NCBI GenBank assembly: GCA_964594095.1 | Contig: CAZQKZ010000005.1 | Span: forward strand, 46,921 to 110,920 | Reading direction: 5' to 3' | Length of the DNA: 64,000 nt | Source: an uncultured Leptospiraceae bacterium | Lineage (GTDB): Bacteria; Spirochaetota; Leptospiria; Leptospirales; Leptonemataceae | Part shown: positions 45,230 through 55,279 of the stretch, piece by piece | Numbering within the stretch: the stretch's first letter is position 1 | Layout: each line of letters starts with the position of its first letter | Made by a program: the position numbers and the translations under genes | The notes under the pieces: generated by a model | What the model was told of the DNA's origin: nothing | The model's input: the letters and a program-made list of their open reading frames with translations, nothing else | Database searches by the model: none

Positions 45230-45661
45230 TCAGATTCCGCCCTGACCAGGTTCTGTGAATTCCAGAAACCGGACTGCTTTTATGTCACACACAATGTTTC
45301 TAACCACCGCATACTGCACAATAATATCAGAATATGCAGGCCCTGGCATGAATGCAACTGCTTTTACACAGGCTTCGGTATCACTGATCCGGACCATTTC
45401 ATCTTTCACTGTATAGATGTGATTGTCATAATTACATAGATATGCGGCATCGCCGGCAGCTTTCTGTTCAAATACGGAAGAGGCTGCTGCTGTACTGGTG
45501 GTCTCCCCCGGAACCCCGAACCTGGCAAAAAGGTTTGCAATACACGCCTGCGAAATGCGTTTTTCTGATTCTTTCCGGCTGATGAGGTCTGGATGATAGA
45601 GTTCACACGAAATCAGGAGAATGAGTAATCCAGGCAGCATTTTTTTCAGAAGACGGTTCAT
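45230..45661 (-). CDS. lipoprotein of unknown function
   Basis: Lipobox LLILLISC. 4-nt gap to the STAS gene. Confidence 0.45.
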   Translation of the reverse strand: MNRLLKKMLPGLLILLISCELYHPDLISRKESEKRISQACIANLFARFGVPGETTSTAAASSVFEQKAAGDAAYLCNYDNHIYTVKDEMVRISDTEACVKAVAFMPGPAYSDIIVQYAVVRNIVCDIKAVRFLEFTEPGQGGI

Positions 45662-45805
45662 AATCAGTTCGTCAAAGTCTCCGGAACAGGGACATTCTGT
45701 AAACTGAAAGTCAGAATTTTTAGCACAATTGCGGTTTTTTAGATTGACTCTAAACTTAAAACCGGTTAACTGAGAATTAATCTTATTTGTATTGGAGGCA
45801 AATCA

Positions 45806-46390
45806 ATGGCTCAGGTAGGCAAACCGGCTCCGCAGTTCACAGTTCCTGCGGTGGTCAATAAATCCTTTCAGGACGTTTCTCTTTCGGATTATAAAGGAAA
45901 ATATGTGGTCCTTTTTTTCTATCCACTCGATTTTACTTTCGTGTGTCCCACGGAAATCACTGCTTTTTCGGATATGGCAGATGAATTTGCAAAAATCAAT
46001 ACTCAGGTTCTGGGCTGCAGTGTTGACAGTAAATTCAGCCACCTTTCCTGGATCAATGTTCCAAGGAAAGAAGGCGGCCTGGGGGATCTGAAATTCCCTC
46101 TTCTTTCAGACATTACAAAATCCGTTGCCCGGGAATACAACGTTCTCATTGAGGAAGCGGGTATTACTCTGAGAGGAGTGTTTATCATTGATCCGAACGG
46201 CATTCTGAAAGTATCCATGGTAAATGATAATAACATCGGCCGGAATACCAAAGAAGTACTGCGACTTGTACAGGCCCTGCAGTATAATGAGAAAAACGGC
46301 GAAGTATGCCCGGCAAACTGGGAACCTGGTGCCGACACTATTAAGCCGGATGTAGCAAAATCCAAGGAATTTTTCAGCAAACACGGCTGA
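45806..46390 (+). CDS. typical 2-Cys peroxiredoxin (AhpC/Tsa family)
   Basis: [15 protein letters not shown] peroxidatic Cys and EVCPANW resolving Cys. Confidence 0.95.
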   Translation: MAQVGKPAPQFTVPAVVNKSFQDVSLSDYKGKYVVLFFYPLDFTFVCPTEITAFSDMADEFAKINTQVLGCSVDSKFSHLSWINVPRKEGGLGDLKFPLLSDITKSVAREYNVLIEEAGITLRGVFIIDPNGILKVSMVNDNNIGRNTKEVLRLVQALQYNEKNGEVCPANWEPGADTIKPDVAKSKEFFSKHG

Positions 46391-46397
46391 TGTATTT

Positions 46398-46417
46398 GCG
46401 GGGGCACCCGCGATTTG
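46398..46417 (+). terminator. small GC hairpin after the peroxiredoxin gene
   Basis: GCGGG-GGCA-CCCGC followed by GATTTG. A second 9-bp inverted repeat GCTGGTTAC / GTAACCAGC lies at 46417-46453. Confidence 0.3.
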
Positions 46418-46463
46418 CTGGTTACTTCTGTCTTTGCGGCGGACGTAACCAGCACTGATCTTT

Positions 46464-47321
46464 TCAGTTCAGACCGAGTTCTCCAAGTGCTTTGGCTAAA
46501 TCAGCATCGGAGGGAGGCTTACCATGCCATCCTGGCTGGTCTTCCATAAAGCTGACCCCTTTCCCAAGAACAGTACGGAACAGAATCATTACAGGTGCAT
46601 CAGTGACATTTCCGGCTTTTTCAAATGAGGACCGGATTTCGCTGATATTGTGACCGTCAGCTTCGATTACATGCCATCCGAACGCTCTGAATTTCAGCCC
46701 AAGATCCCGGAGATCCATAACATCTTTGGTTTTTCCGTCGATCTGAATTCCGTTCATATCCATAAAAGCAATTACGGGAGCCTTATAATGCGCCCCTGCC
46801 TGCGCTCCTTCCCAGCTCATACCTTCGCCCATTTCGCCGTCTGAGGTGCAGACATACACCCGGCCCATCTCTTTCCGGAAGCGACCCGCAAGTGCAAGAC
46901 CCACTGCCTGGGAAAGCCCCTGTCCCAGAGATCCGCTGGAATTTTCCACACCTTTTAAGTAGCGGGTAGAAGGATGACCCTGAAGGGCACTGCCGAGTTT
47001 CCGGAAACTGAAGATTTCTTTTTCTTCAAAGTATCCGGACAGTGCCATTGCAGCATATCGTACGGCGGAAACGTGTCCGTTAGAGATCAGAAGCCGGTCT
47101 CTTTCGGCCCAGTCCGGATCCGAGGGATTGTGTTTCATTACATCAAAAAATAAAACTGAAAAAATATCTGCCAGACCCAGGGGCCCGCCTGGATGACCTG
47201 AGTTTGCAGCATGAACCATTTTCAGAATAAGTGCACGAATCTGATCTGCTTTTTCCCTGAGTTCCTGGTCGCTGAGTCGGTTGGATGTGGTTGTCATAAA
47301 GCCTGCCTTTATACCAGTCAT
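46464..47321 (-). CDS. transketolase, N-terminal (TPP-binding) subunit
   Basis: [24 protein letters not shown]. An alternative ATG lies at 47297. No C-terminal subunit gene follows. Confidence 0.85.
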   Translation of the reverse strand: MTGIKAGFMTTTSNRLSDQELREKADQIRALILKMVHAANSGHPGGPLGLADIFSVLFFDVMKHNPSDPDWAERDRLLISNGHVSAVRYAAMALSGYFEEKEIFSFRKLGSALQGHPSTRYLKGVENSSGSLGQGLSQAVGLALAGRFRKEMGRVYVCTSDGEMGEGMSWEGAQAGAHYKAPVIAFMDMNGIQIDGKTKDVMDLRDLGLKFRAFGWHVIEADGHNISEIRSSFEKAGNVTDAPVMILFRTVLGKGVSFMEDQPGWHGKPPSDADLAKALGELGLN

Positions 47322-47360
47322 GAAAAAGGGCTGTTTCTTTACAAATCAAAAATAACCGAT

Positions 47361-48161
47361 TCAGTAACGTGTCAGATTATAATAAATATACCGAAGCCCT
47401 TTCAAAGTAAGCAGAGGATCCACTATGTCAAACAAAGAAGTATCTTCCTTATGAATCAGGCTTGCGAGTCCGCCGGTGGCGATGACTTTTATTTCGCCGT
47501 TTCCGTGTTCTTTCCGGAACTGATTAATCACTTCTTTCAAAAGACCAACCCAGCCGTAATAAAAACCGGACTGGAGTGCCGCCACGGTACTCTTTCCCAG
47601 TATGCCGGATTCAGGGCGTATAAACTCAATGGGAGGGAGCTGGGCAGTGTTTCTGTGCAGTGCCTCCATAGATAATTTAAGACCTGGTGCAATTGCACCG
47701 CCCATATAGGATCCGTCTTTCATGTAACAGAAAGTGGTTGCTGTACCAAGATCGATTATAACAGCATTTCCGCCGTGTTTCTGAAAAACTGCTTCTGCAT
47801 TTACAAGCCGATCAGCCCCGATTTCCCAGGGACGCGGGTAATCAATGCGAAAAGTAAGTCCCCTTTCGTAAGTGACTTTATGCACAGGACAGTGCAGATA
47901 ATCCTGCACCATTCTTTCAAGTATCGGATTGAATGTGGGGACGACGGAGGAATACATAACGCCTTTAATATCCGCAGAAGATATTCCTTTTGACTGCAGA
48001 AAACCCATCAGATAAATACCCAGCTCATCGGACGTGCGGTTCTTCTGAGTTACAGTCCTCCAGTGCCAGAGAATGTCTTCGGTATGATCACTGAAGAGTC
48101 CGAAAACAGAATTTGTGTTGCCTGTATCGGCAGCAAGATAATAGGTTTGGTTCTGATTCAT
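47361..48161 (-). CDS. coaX: type III pantothenate kinase
   Basis: LAADTGNTNSVFG, IIDLGTATT, VIATGGLA. Confidence 0.9.
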   Translation of the reverse strand: MNQNQTYYLAADTGNTNSVFGLFSDHTEDILWHWRTVTQKNRTSDELGIYLMGFLQSKGISSADIKGVMYSSVVPTFNPILERMVQDYLHCPVHKVTYERGLTFRIDYPRPWEIGADRLVNAEAVFQKHGGNAVIIDLGTATTFCYMKDGSYMGGAIAPGLKLSMEALHRNTAQLPPIEFIRPESGILGKSTVAALQSGFYYGWVGLLKEVINQFRKEHGNGEIKVIATGGLASLIHKEDTSLFDIVDPLLTLKGLRYIYYNLTRY

Positions 48162-48209
48162 GAAGCTTTTCCGGATGGTTTCAGGTCATCTGACCTGAAA
48201 CCTGAAAGA

Positions 48210-48629
48210 TCAGTGGCTCATTCCGATGCGGTGAGTAAACTCTTCCACAGAAAGATTTCCGTCTTTATCGGAATCCATCATTGTGAATTTTCCTTCACAT
48301 TCTTCTTTGGTAACTTCGCTGTTTGAATCCTTATCGGTCATTTTAAAGCGTTCTTCAAAGTTTTTATCATTGCCGTGCACTTCGATATGATGCGCACGCA
48401 TTTCTTCTTTAGAAATGGTACCGTTTGCATCCTTATCTTTCACATCAAAATGTGCCATGTACTCTTCTTTGGAAACTTTTCCGTCTGCGTCCTTATCCAT
48501 CAGGGATACGGCTTTTTCTGCAGAAGCTGATTCATCTGATGCAGGTTCAGCAGGTGCTTCTTCCTTTTTGCATGAGACTGCCGCTGCCAGAGATAGAGTC
48601 AGAACAGCCATTAAAATTTTTTTTGTCAT
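48210..48629 (-). CDS. four-EF-hand calcium-binding lipoprotein
   Basis: Lipobox LAAAVSC. Loops DKDADGKVSKEE, DKDANGTISKEE, DKDSNSEVTKEE, DSDKDGNLSVEE. Confidence 0.75.
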   Translation of the reverse strand: MTKKILMAVLTLSLAAAVSCKKEEAPAEPASDESASAEKAVSLMDKDADGKVSKEEYMAHFDVKDKDANGTISKEEMRAHHIEVHGNDKNFEERFKMTDKDSNSEVTKEECEGKFTMMDSDKDGNLSVEEFTHRIGMSH

Positions 48630-48741
48630 GTTTTACTCCTGATCAGATCCGACGTCTGATAATTTCACAGATTCAGAACTTAGTTATTTTATGTCAAGAG
48701 GTTATATAAGTTATATAAAACACCTGTTCTGAGCGCCGCAT

Positions 48742-49515
48742 CTATTCGGCCTGACTGATAAGGCAGTATTCCGGCGGATCAGCAGAAGGATCGAAAACTC
48801 TCAGTCGTCCGTCGGAAGCAACGTCTGCCACTTTCCATTTACGCCCGCTTTCGTCAGTCCAGGGATCCTCACGCCAAAGACAGCGGTTTACTTCATAGCT
48901 TATCTCCGCAGGATCACCAGGACTCAGAATCCAGCTCTTCAGTAAGAGATTCAGCTGCACTGTAAATGCTTTAAGAAAATCAATTTTTTTTTCATTCTGG
49001 TCTGCAAACCTGTCCGGGAACAGACTTATGGCAGCTTTTTTAGGATTTTTCAGTTCTGATTCCTGCGGTGCCCCGGTGAAGTTAATTCCTATCCCGGCAG
49101 TCACCCGTATTTTACCGGAAGCAGGCCAGTCTGATTCTGTAAGAATTCCCGCTGCTTTACCGGAAACCGAATTCCTTCGGATATACAGATCATTTGGCCA
49201 TTTAATAAAATATTCGGAATTATTTACCGGAACCGATTGTTTCACTGTCTGAATCAGCGCGATCCCTGCTGTCAGAGGGATCAGTGCAATGTTATGCAGA
49301 TCCCTGGGATCACCCTCAAGACAGAAGCTGAATACCAGACTGTCCTCTTCAGAGGAAACCCATGATCTTCCCGCACGGCCCCTGCCTGATGTCTGCTTCC
49401 GGGCGGTTACCAGAGTACCGCCCGGCGTTTTTTCGCGTGCAATCCAGGAACTTGTGGAATCTGTTTCTTCAAGATAAATCCAGTCCCCAGGATTTTCGGA
49501 AAGCAGGAAAGACAT
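48742..49515 (-). CDS. birA: biotin--[acetyl-CoA-carboxylase] ligase (no N-terminal HTH)
   Basis: GRGRAGRSW, KWPNDL, GIGIN. Confidence 0.85.
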   Translation of the reverse strand: MSFLLSENPGDWIYLEETDSTSSWIAREKTPGGTLVTARKQTSGRGRAGRSWVSSEEDSLVFSFCLEGDPRDLHNIALIPLTAGIALIQTVKQSVPVNNSEYFIKWPNDLYIRRNSVSGKAAGILTESDWPASGKIRVTAGIGINFTGAPQESELKNPKKAAISLFPDRFADQNEKKIDFLKAFTVQLNLLLKSWILSPGDPAEISYEVNRCLWREDPWTDESGRKWKVADVASDGRLRVFDPSADPPEYCLISQAE

Positions 49516-49522
49516 ATTCCGC

Positions 49523-50650
49523 TTATCTCCTGGATGGAAGCTGATTGTCTTCTCCGACAGTAACCTCTATGCTTAATTTTTTTCCTGACCTTAAAATATC
49601 CACAGTGAGTCTGCTGCCTACACCGGTCCGCTGCACTTCTGTTATGAGTTCTTCCGGAGTTACAACCGGTTTTCCGTTTACATGAGTTATAAAATCATTC
49701 TCCTGAAGACCGGCTGATTCTGCCGCAGAACCCGGAACCACAAATCGTACCACGACTCCTTCAGTTTCGCCAATACCAAGATAATCGCGGTAAGCAGGGT
49801 TAGGTATGCCGACAGATACTCCTATCGCCGGTTTGCCGATCACCCTTTTTTCTTTTTTCAGCTGAACAATTACGGGCATAGCTTCGTTGATGGGAATGGC
49901 AAAGCCAATGCCCACACTCCCTCCGTTTCCGTCAGTGGATATGATGGACTGATTGATTCCTACGACTTCTCCGTAAATATTGAGCAGAGGTCCTCCGGAG
50001 TTTCCCTGATTAATGGCTGCGTCGGTCTGAATCCTGGAAAAGCGGGTATTGTCCACCATCCTCTGCTTAGCGGAAATTATACCGCTTGTGAAAGTACGGT
50101 CAAGACCGAAAGGCGCGCCCAGTGCAAAAACAATCATACCAGGCTCCATGGAATCGGAATCACCAACAGAGGCCGGAACCAGTCGTTCGGATTTCGGTAC
50201 TTTTATAACTGCAATATCACTGGACTCATCCCGCCCCACAAGAACTGCAGGAGCACGGGTATCATCATGAAAAATCACTTCTATACTCTGTGCCTGAGCC
50301 ACCACATGATCATTCGTTACAATATAACCTTCATCATCAATAATAAATCCGGAGCCCGCACCTTCCACCTGCCTGTAATAATCAAACCAGAACTGAGGTT
50401 TTACGAGCATGTTTGTGCGGATATAAACAACAGAAGGCGATGCCTTTTTATAGACATTCATGTAACCTTCCTGCAGACCTTTCAGTGCCATCTGTGTATC
50501 ACTGCTGAGCGGACCGGCTCCGGTATTCATATAGCTGGTGAAAGTCCTGCGGAAACCACTGTATATGACCGGACTGAAGAATGTTCCGATAAAAAAGGCT
50601 GCTATCACCGCATGAATCAGAGTCTGACGTGAGGGTGTTCTGTTTTTCAT
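49523..50650 (-). CDS. htrA: HtrA/DegP-family serine protease with one PDZ domain
   Basis: TNDHVV, DIAVIKV, GNSGGPLLN catalytic triad context. C-terminal PDZ. Confidence 0.9.
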   Translation of the reverse strand: MKNRTPSRQTLIHAVIAAFFIGTFFSPVIYSGFRRTFTSYMNTGAGPLSSDTQMALKGLQEGYMNVYKKASPSVVYIRTNMLVKPQFWFDYYRQVEGAGSGFIIDDEGYIVTNDHVVAQAQSIEVIFHDDTRAPAVLVGRDESSDIAVIKVPKSERLVPASVGDSDSMEPGMIVFALGAPFGLDRTFTSGIISAKQRMVDNTRFSRIQTDAAINQGNSGGPLLNIYGEVVGINQSIISTDGNGGSVGIGFAIPINEAMPVIVQLKKEKRVIGKPAIGVSVGIPNPAYRDYLGIGETEGVVVRFVVPGSAAESAGLQENDFITHVNGKPVVTPEELITEVQRTGVGSRLTVDILRSGKKLSIEVTVGEDNQLPSRR

Positions 50651-50687
50651 AATATATATACTCCTTATATGTAAAATAGTTTATTTA

Positions 50688-51803
50688 TTACGGCATTTCA
50701 TTCTTCAGCGCTCTGAGGATGTCCTCCCCGTACAGGCGCACTTTCAGATCTGACATAACTTTAAGGGCCCTCAGGGATTCATGATCTGCCGGATACTCTC
50801 CCGCAATAACTCTCAGAGCCTTATTGCTGATAATCACACTGGTATCCATTCCCTTTTCCCGGCTGAAATCGTTTCTCCACTTTTTCAGTCTTCGCATCCT
50901 TTCCTCAATTACAGGATCAGGTTTTTCAAAAGCAGGGAGATCTTCGTTTGTAACAGGATCCGCCTTCCGCAGAAGCTGAATCAGAGTCTCAGCATCGTTT
51001 TTCAGCAGGCGCGGGTGAATGCGAAGGCGTTCAGGATCGGTAACACACTGCTTAGCCATGCTGACCATTTCAAAATTGGAGATCAGCCGGAAAGGGGTGA
51101 TGTTCATTCTTTTTGCCTTTTCCTCCCGGAAAAGATAAAGTGCACGGAGGTATCCTCTCTGCGCAGGTCCGAGATTGAGTGCGCCCTGAATATGCATCCA
51201 GCCGTCCGGATTGATAACCCTTGGTTCAGGACTTTCAATATTGATAGACCAGTTTACCTCATCTTCATACAGTTCAAGAAGATTCCTTTTTTCGAGCATA
51301 TACTCAAGACTTTTCATTACCTTTTCCAGGTAAACGGTATCATAATGGGCATATTCGAGCTGTGAAGGAGTCAAAGGTCTTTTTTTCCAGTTGGATTTCT
51401 GCTCTCCTTTCTGCAGTTTAACCTGACAGTGCTCTTCAACCAGAGTGGCAAGGGAGCATCCTTCGAGACCCAGCATACGACAGGCGATGAATGTATCGTG
51501 TACGTTTGAAAATTTCCAGTCATAGAGCCGCCGCATTTCGGCAATGTCAGAAGCGGCCGAGTGAAAAATCTTGATAATGGAGGGGTTTCCGAAAACCTCC
51601 CCAAGGGCAGTCAGATCAAGGTTTACCAGGGTATCTATTATATAATTATGCCCGGATGCACTGATCTGTATAAGACAGAGTTCCGGTTCATAGGTGTAGA
51701 ACCCTGAGGATTCAGTGTCCACCCCGATGCACGGAGAGTCTTTCACTGAATTTACTGCAAGATCCAGCTGATTCTGCCTATCTATGTAAATATAACCGGA
51801 CAT
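50688..51803 (-). CDS. rnd: ribonuclease D
   Basis: DEDDy exonuclease motifs (GVDTES, FHSAASD, YAHYD) plus a C-terminal HRDC-like region. Confidence 0.85.
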   Translation of the reverse strand: MSGYIYIDRQNQLDLAVNSVKDSPCIGVDTESSGFYTYEPELCLIQISASGHNYIIDTLVNLDLTALGEVFGNPSIIKIFHSAASDIAEMRRLYDWKFSNVHDTFIACRMLGLEGCSLATLVEEHCQVKLQKGEQKSNWKKRPLTPSQLEYAHYDTVYLEKVMKSLEYMLEKRNLLELYEDEVNWSINIESPEPRVINPDGWMHIQGALNLGPAQRGYLRALYLFREEKAKRMNITPFRLISNFEMVSMAKQCVTDPERLRIHPRLLKNDAETLIQLLRKADPVTNEDLPAFEKPDPVIEERMRRLKKWRNDFSREKGMDTSVIISNKALRVIAGEYPADHESLRALKVMSDLKVRLYGEDILRALKNEMP

Positions 51804-51900
51804 GATTTTTATTTCAGCTCAGAAACCAGAAAATTTTCTTGTCCGGAATAAATCGACTGAATTTTTTGATTTTATGCTTAGTTCTGAACGGGTGCAGCCC

Positions 51901-52410
51901 ATGAAACTCCGGCGGAAGCGTTCCGGCTGGACAGTGATTCTGGCTGTGATTGCCGGTTCCCTGCCAGCAGGCTGGCTTCTATCCCTGCTGGTCCATTCCT
52001 TCTGGGTATTCCCTGTCCATCTTCAGGGTAACTCCATGGCTCCGGAATTTCCCGAAGGAACCACAGTCTTCTTTTCCAGGAACATCTCTGCTGACTCACT
52101 CCGCAAAGATGCCCTGATTCTGGCGGAACATCCGGGAAATCCGGAAATTCTTCTTTTCCGCCGTATTGCAGGCACACCCGGAGATTCTGTTCTGGTGCGG
52201 GACGGGATTCTGTATCTGAATGGAGAGGCTGCAAAACAGCTTTCTGAAGGGCCTGTTCTTCCTGAATCCGTATCTTTTGATCATAATACTCCGTCCATCA
52301 CCCTTAAAAACGGGGAGTATTTTCTGCTTGCCGACACCGAATCTGAAGGGATTGACTCACGGCATTTCGGGCCTGTATCTTTAACAAGCATAAAAGGAAT
52401 AAAAGACTGA
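51901..52410 (+). CDS. lepB: signal peptidase I
   Basis: GNSMAPEF (catalytic Ser box), RRIAGTPGD, GIDSRHFGPV. ATG at 51901. Confidence 0.8.
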   Translation: MKLRRKRSGWTVILAVIAGSLPAGWLLSLLVHSFWVFPVHLQGNSMAPEFPEGTTVFFSRNISADSLRKDALILAEHPGNPEILLFRRIAGTPGDSVLVRDGILYLNGEAAKQLSEGPVLPESVSFDHNTPSITLKNGEYFLLADTESEGIDSRHFGPVSLTSIKGIKD

Positions 52411-53444
52411 TGATAAACTCTGTGCATTTTGAAAAAAAACTGATTCTCGCTGCCATCCGCAGCCTCGATGCCCCTCTCTCAAAAATCCTCAGCCATGATG
52501 TTCTCTCATTTATAAAGCATCTGAGTATTTATGCAGCAGTAATAAGTTTCCTTACTTCGATTCTTCTGGTTTGGCTCCGGAATGCAGGTCTTTCTGAATG
52601 GCATGCCATTCCGAATAATTATTTTTCTGCAATTTATGCAGCTTTTACATTTATCCTTTTTTATGAAATCATTTCGATGGTCTTTGCGCTCCCCTACTCC
52701 ATTGCCCGCTCGGTTGCAAAGCAGTACGAAGTGATTTCGCTGGTGATTGTACGGCATATATTCGAATACACCGGGGACTTCACTCACATCAAAAGCCTTA
52801 CCGAAGACTACATGCCCTTCCTGTCTCTGGCAGCCAGTATTTTTGGCTCACTCGGTATATTCTTTCTGATCGGAATCTTCCGGAAGGTGCAGCTCCACAC
52901 CGGACTGGAAACCACTAAGGAAAACCTGCTGATTTTTGTTTTTTTAAAAAAGATTCTGGCCCTGTTTCTGTTTGGGGTCATCCTCTGGCTTGGTGTGCAG
53001 GAAGTAATGCATTTCATCAGTTTTCTGATTTCAGATCCTTCCCTTCCGCAGGGTTCAGGGGACCACGGACACTTCGGATACAGTTTTTATAAAATAGTTT
53101 TTTCGGTTATGATATTTACTGATATCCTTCTGGTTCTGATTACCATGCAGTACGGCGGTTCTTATCAGCTTGTGTTCCGCAATACCGGACTTCTGATTTC
53201 CACAGTTCTCCTGAGGATCAGCTTCAGCGCGGAGATGATCACAGGGATCCTGCTGGTGAATACAGCGGTAATCATTGCCATCCTTTCCACTCTGATCTAT
53301 AATATGCACTGTAAAACAGCAGCAGCATACAGAGAAAAGGAAAGCCGCCTCTATGAGCTCACAGGTCTTTCCGGACCTACTGTAAGTGTACACCGCGAAG
53401 AAAGTTTACCGGTTAAAAAAACATCCGTCAGGAAAAAAACATGA
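52410..53444 (+). CDS. polytopic membrane protein of unknown function
   Basis: 344 aa, about 7 hydrophobic segments. Start overlaps the lepB stop (TGATG). Confidence 0.5.
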   Translation: MINSVHFEKKLILAAIRSLDAPLSKILSHDVLSFIKHLSIYAAVISFLTSILLVWLRNAGLSEWHAIPNNYFSAIYAAFTFILFYEIISMVFALPYSIARSVAKQYEVISLVIVRHIFEYTGDFTHIKSLTEDYMPFLSLAASIFGSLGIFFLIGIFRKVQLHTGLETTKENLLIFVFLKKILALFLFGVILWLGVQEVMHFISFLISDPSLPQGSGDHGHFGYSFYKIVFSVMIFTDILLVLITMQYGGSYQLVFRNTGLLISTVLLRISFSAEMITGILLVNTAVIIAILSTLIYNMHCKTAAAYREKESRLYELTGLSGPTVSVHREESLPVKKTSVRKKT

Positions 53445-55279
53445 ATCGCTTTCCTTCAGTGGAAGTGAGTATCGGCCGGTTCAGAATCGGAGGCTCCCGT
53501 CCGGTAATGATCCAGTCCATGGTCACAGCACCTACGCTGAACACAGAAGCTGTTGTATCAGAAGTAATAAAGCTTTCAGAGGCCGGATGTCCGATAGTGC
53601 GAATCACCGCGGCTACAGTGAATGAGGCTGAAAATTTAAAAAACATCAGAGACGAACTGAATCGCCGGGGAACTGATGTTTCTCTTGTGGCCGATATTCA
53701 TTTTCTGCCTCAGGCTGCGCTGGTTGCCGCAGAATCCATGGATAAAGTGCGGATCAATCCCGGTAACTATATCGACTGGACCAGGTATCCGGATTCGCTA
53801 ACGCTGCCGGAGTTTTCCTCCGACAGTTATTACCGGAATCCCGCCCCGGAGAAAGAACTTAATTTTATTAAAGAATCGGTCCGCCCTCTGGCTGAATCTC
53901 TGAAGAAGCAGGGAAAGGCCCTGCGTATCGGAGTAAATCATGGTTCTCTCTCTGAAAGAATTATGAACCGATTCGGAAACAGCGCCGAAGGAATGGTAGT
54001 CTCTGCCATTGAATTCACCGAAGCTTTTGTATCTCTTGGCTTTGATAATATCGTTATTTCCATGAAATCTTCCAACCCTGCTGTAATGGTCGAGGCCTAC
54101 AGAAGGCTGGCAGCGGTGATGCTGGAACGCAGACTGTTTTTTCCGATGCATCTGGGTGTTACGGAAGCAGGTGACGGTCGCGAAGGCAGGATCCGCTCCA
54201 GTATCGGGATCGGCTCTCTTCTGCTTGATGGTATCGGGGATACCATCCGGGTTTCCCTGACGGAGGATTCTGCAGAAGAAATACCGGCCGCAAAGGCACT
54301 GATTGAATCCCTTGGGTCCCGACCTGAAGAGGAATGGAGCCTTTTTCTTCCGGAATTTCCCGATGAAACGTACCGGCTCCGTATTACTTCCGGAGTGATT
54401 CTGGATCCGGCAGATTTTTCCGCAGCAGACAGCCTCAGAAACAAAGGAACTGATTTCATCCTCTTTTCAGACAGGGACGGTGCGGAATTGCTGTATTCAG
54501 ACAATCAAATAAGTGTGAGCAGCCTGTTACCCCTAAAACATTACCAGTATCTCAGCGAAAATGAAAGTCCCGATCATATAATCATTGCAGACATCCGGTC
54601 TCTGGATGTAAGCCTTATAAAATGGCAGCTGGACGTGATTGCAGGCCTGATTCAGGGTGATACAACACGGAAAGTGCCGCTGATCGTCCGCTTCGATGAA
54701 TTTTCTGAAGTATCCCCTGCCGGTATGGTAAAGGTCATGAGAAATCTGAAACAACTGGTACAGAACCGGGAGATTCTGTTTTCTGCTTCTTTTTCGCGGA
54801 ATACTCTCTACTCGCTTTCCGCAATTGCGGGTTCCCTGTTTCAGGACAGGATTATTACCGGGGTCATTGCCGATTCAGACAAAGACCAGCAGTTTCAGGA
54901 TCCTTACCGCACATCTTCTCCTTCCGATGCGGCCGATCTTGCTGCCGATATTCTTCAGTCAGTGCGCCTCCGGCTGTCCAAAGCGGATTATATAAGCTGC
55001 CCAGGATGCGGCCGGACACATTTTCAGATTATGGATGTAACCAGAAAAATTAAGGAAAAAACTTCGCATATGATCGGAGTTAAAATTGCTGTCATGGGAT
55101 GCATAGTAAACGGTCCGGGAGAGATGGCTGATGCTGATTTCGGTTATGTAGGGGCCGGTCAGGGAAAGATAACACTCTACAAAGGGCATACTCCCGTAAA
55201 AAGAAACATACCAGAAGAAACAGCGGTGGAAGAGCTTCTCAGCCTCATCAGTGAATCAGGTTTGTATAAAGAAAACTGA
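53441..55279 (+). CDS. ispG: 4-hydroxy-3-methylbut-2-enyl diphosphate synthase, long form with an insert domain
   Basis: VRINPGN, GVNHGSL, CPGCGRT, MGCIVNGPGE. Confidence 0.9.
   Translation: MNRFPSVEVSIGRFRIGGSRPVMIQSMVTAPTLNTEAVVSEVIKLSEAGCPIVRITAATVNEAENLKNIRDELNRRGTDVSLVADIHFLPQAALVAAESMDKVRINPGNYIDWTRYPDSLTLPEFSSDSYYRNPAPEKELNFIKESVRPLAESLKKQGKALRIGVNHGSLSERIMNRFGNSAEGMVVSAIEFTEAFVSLGFDNIVISMKSSNPAVMVEAYRRLAAVMLERRLFFPMHLGVTEAGDGREGRIRSSIGIGSLLLDGIGDTIRVSLTEDSAEEIPAAKALIESLGSRPEEEWSLFLPEFPDETYRLRITSGVILDPADFSAADSLRNKGTDFILFSDRDGAELLYSDNQISVSSLLPLKHYQYLSENESPDHIIIADIRSLDVSLIKWQLDVIAGLIQGDTTRKVPLIVRFDEFSEVSPAGMVKVMRNLKQLVQNREILFSASFSRNTLYSLSAIAGSLFQDRIITGVIADSDKDQQFQDPYRTSSPSDAADLAADILQSVRLRLSKADYISCPGCGRTHFQIMDVTRKIKEKTSHMIGVKIAVMGCIVNGPGEMADADFGYVGAGQGKITLYKGHTPVKRNIPEETAVEELLSLISESGLYKEN

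Noticed and set aside
48702-48718. Two adjacent TTATATAA palindromes upstream of the EF-hand lipoprotein gene.
   Set aside because: The AT-rich sequence in a promoter region is more simply explained as an UP-element or -10-like sequence. No partner regulator is evident.
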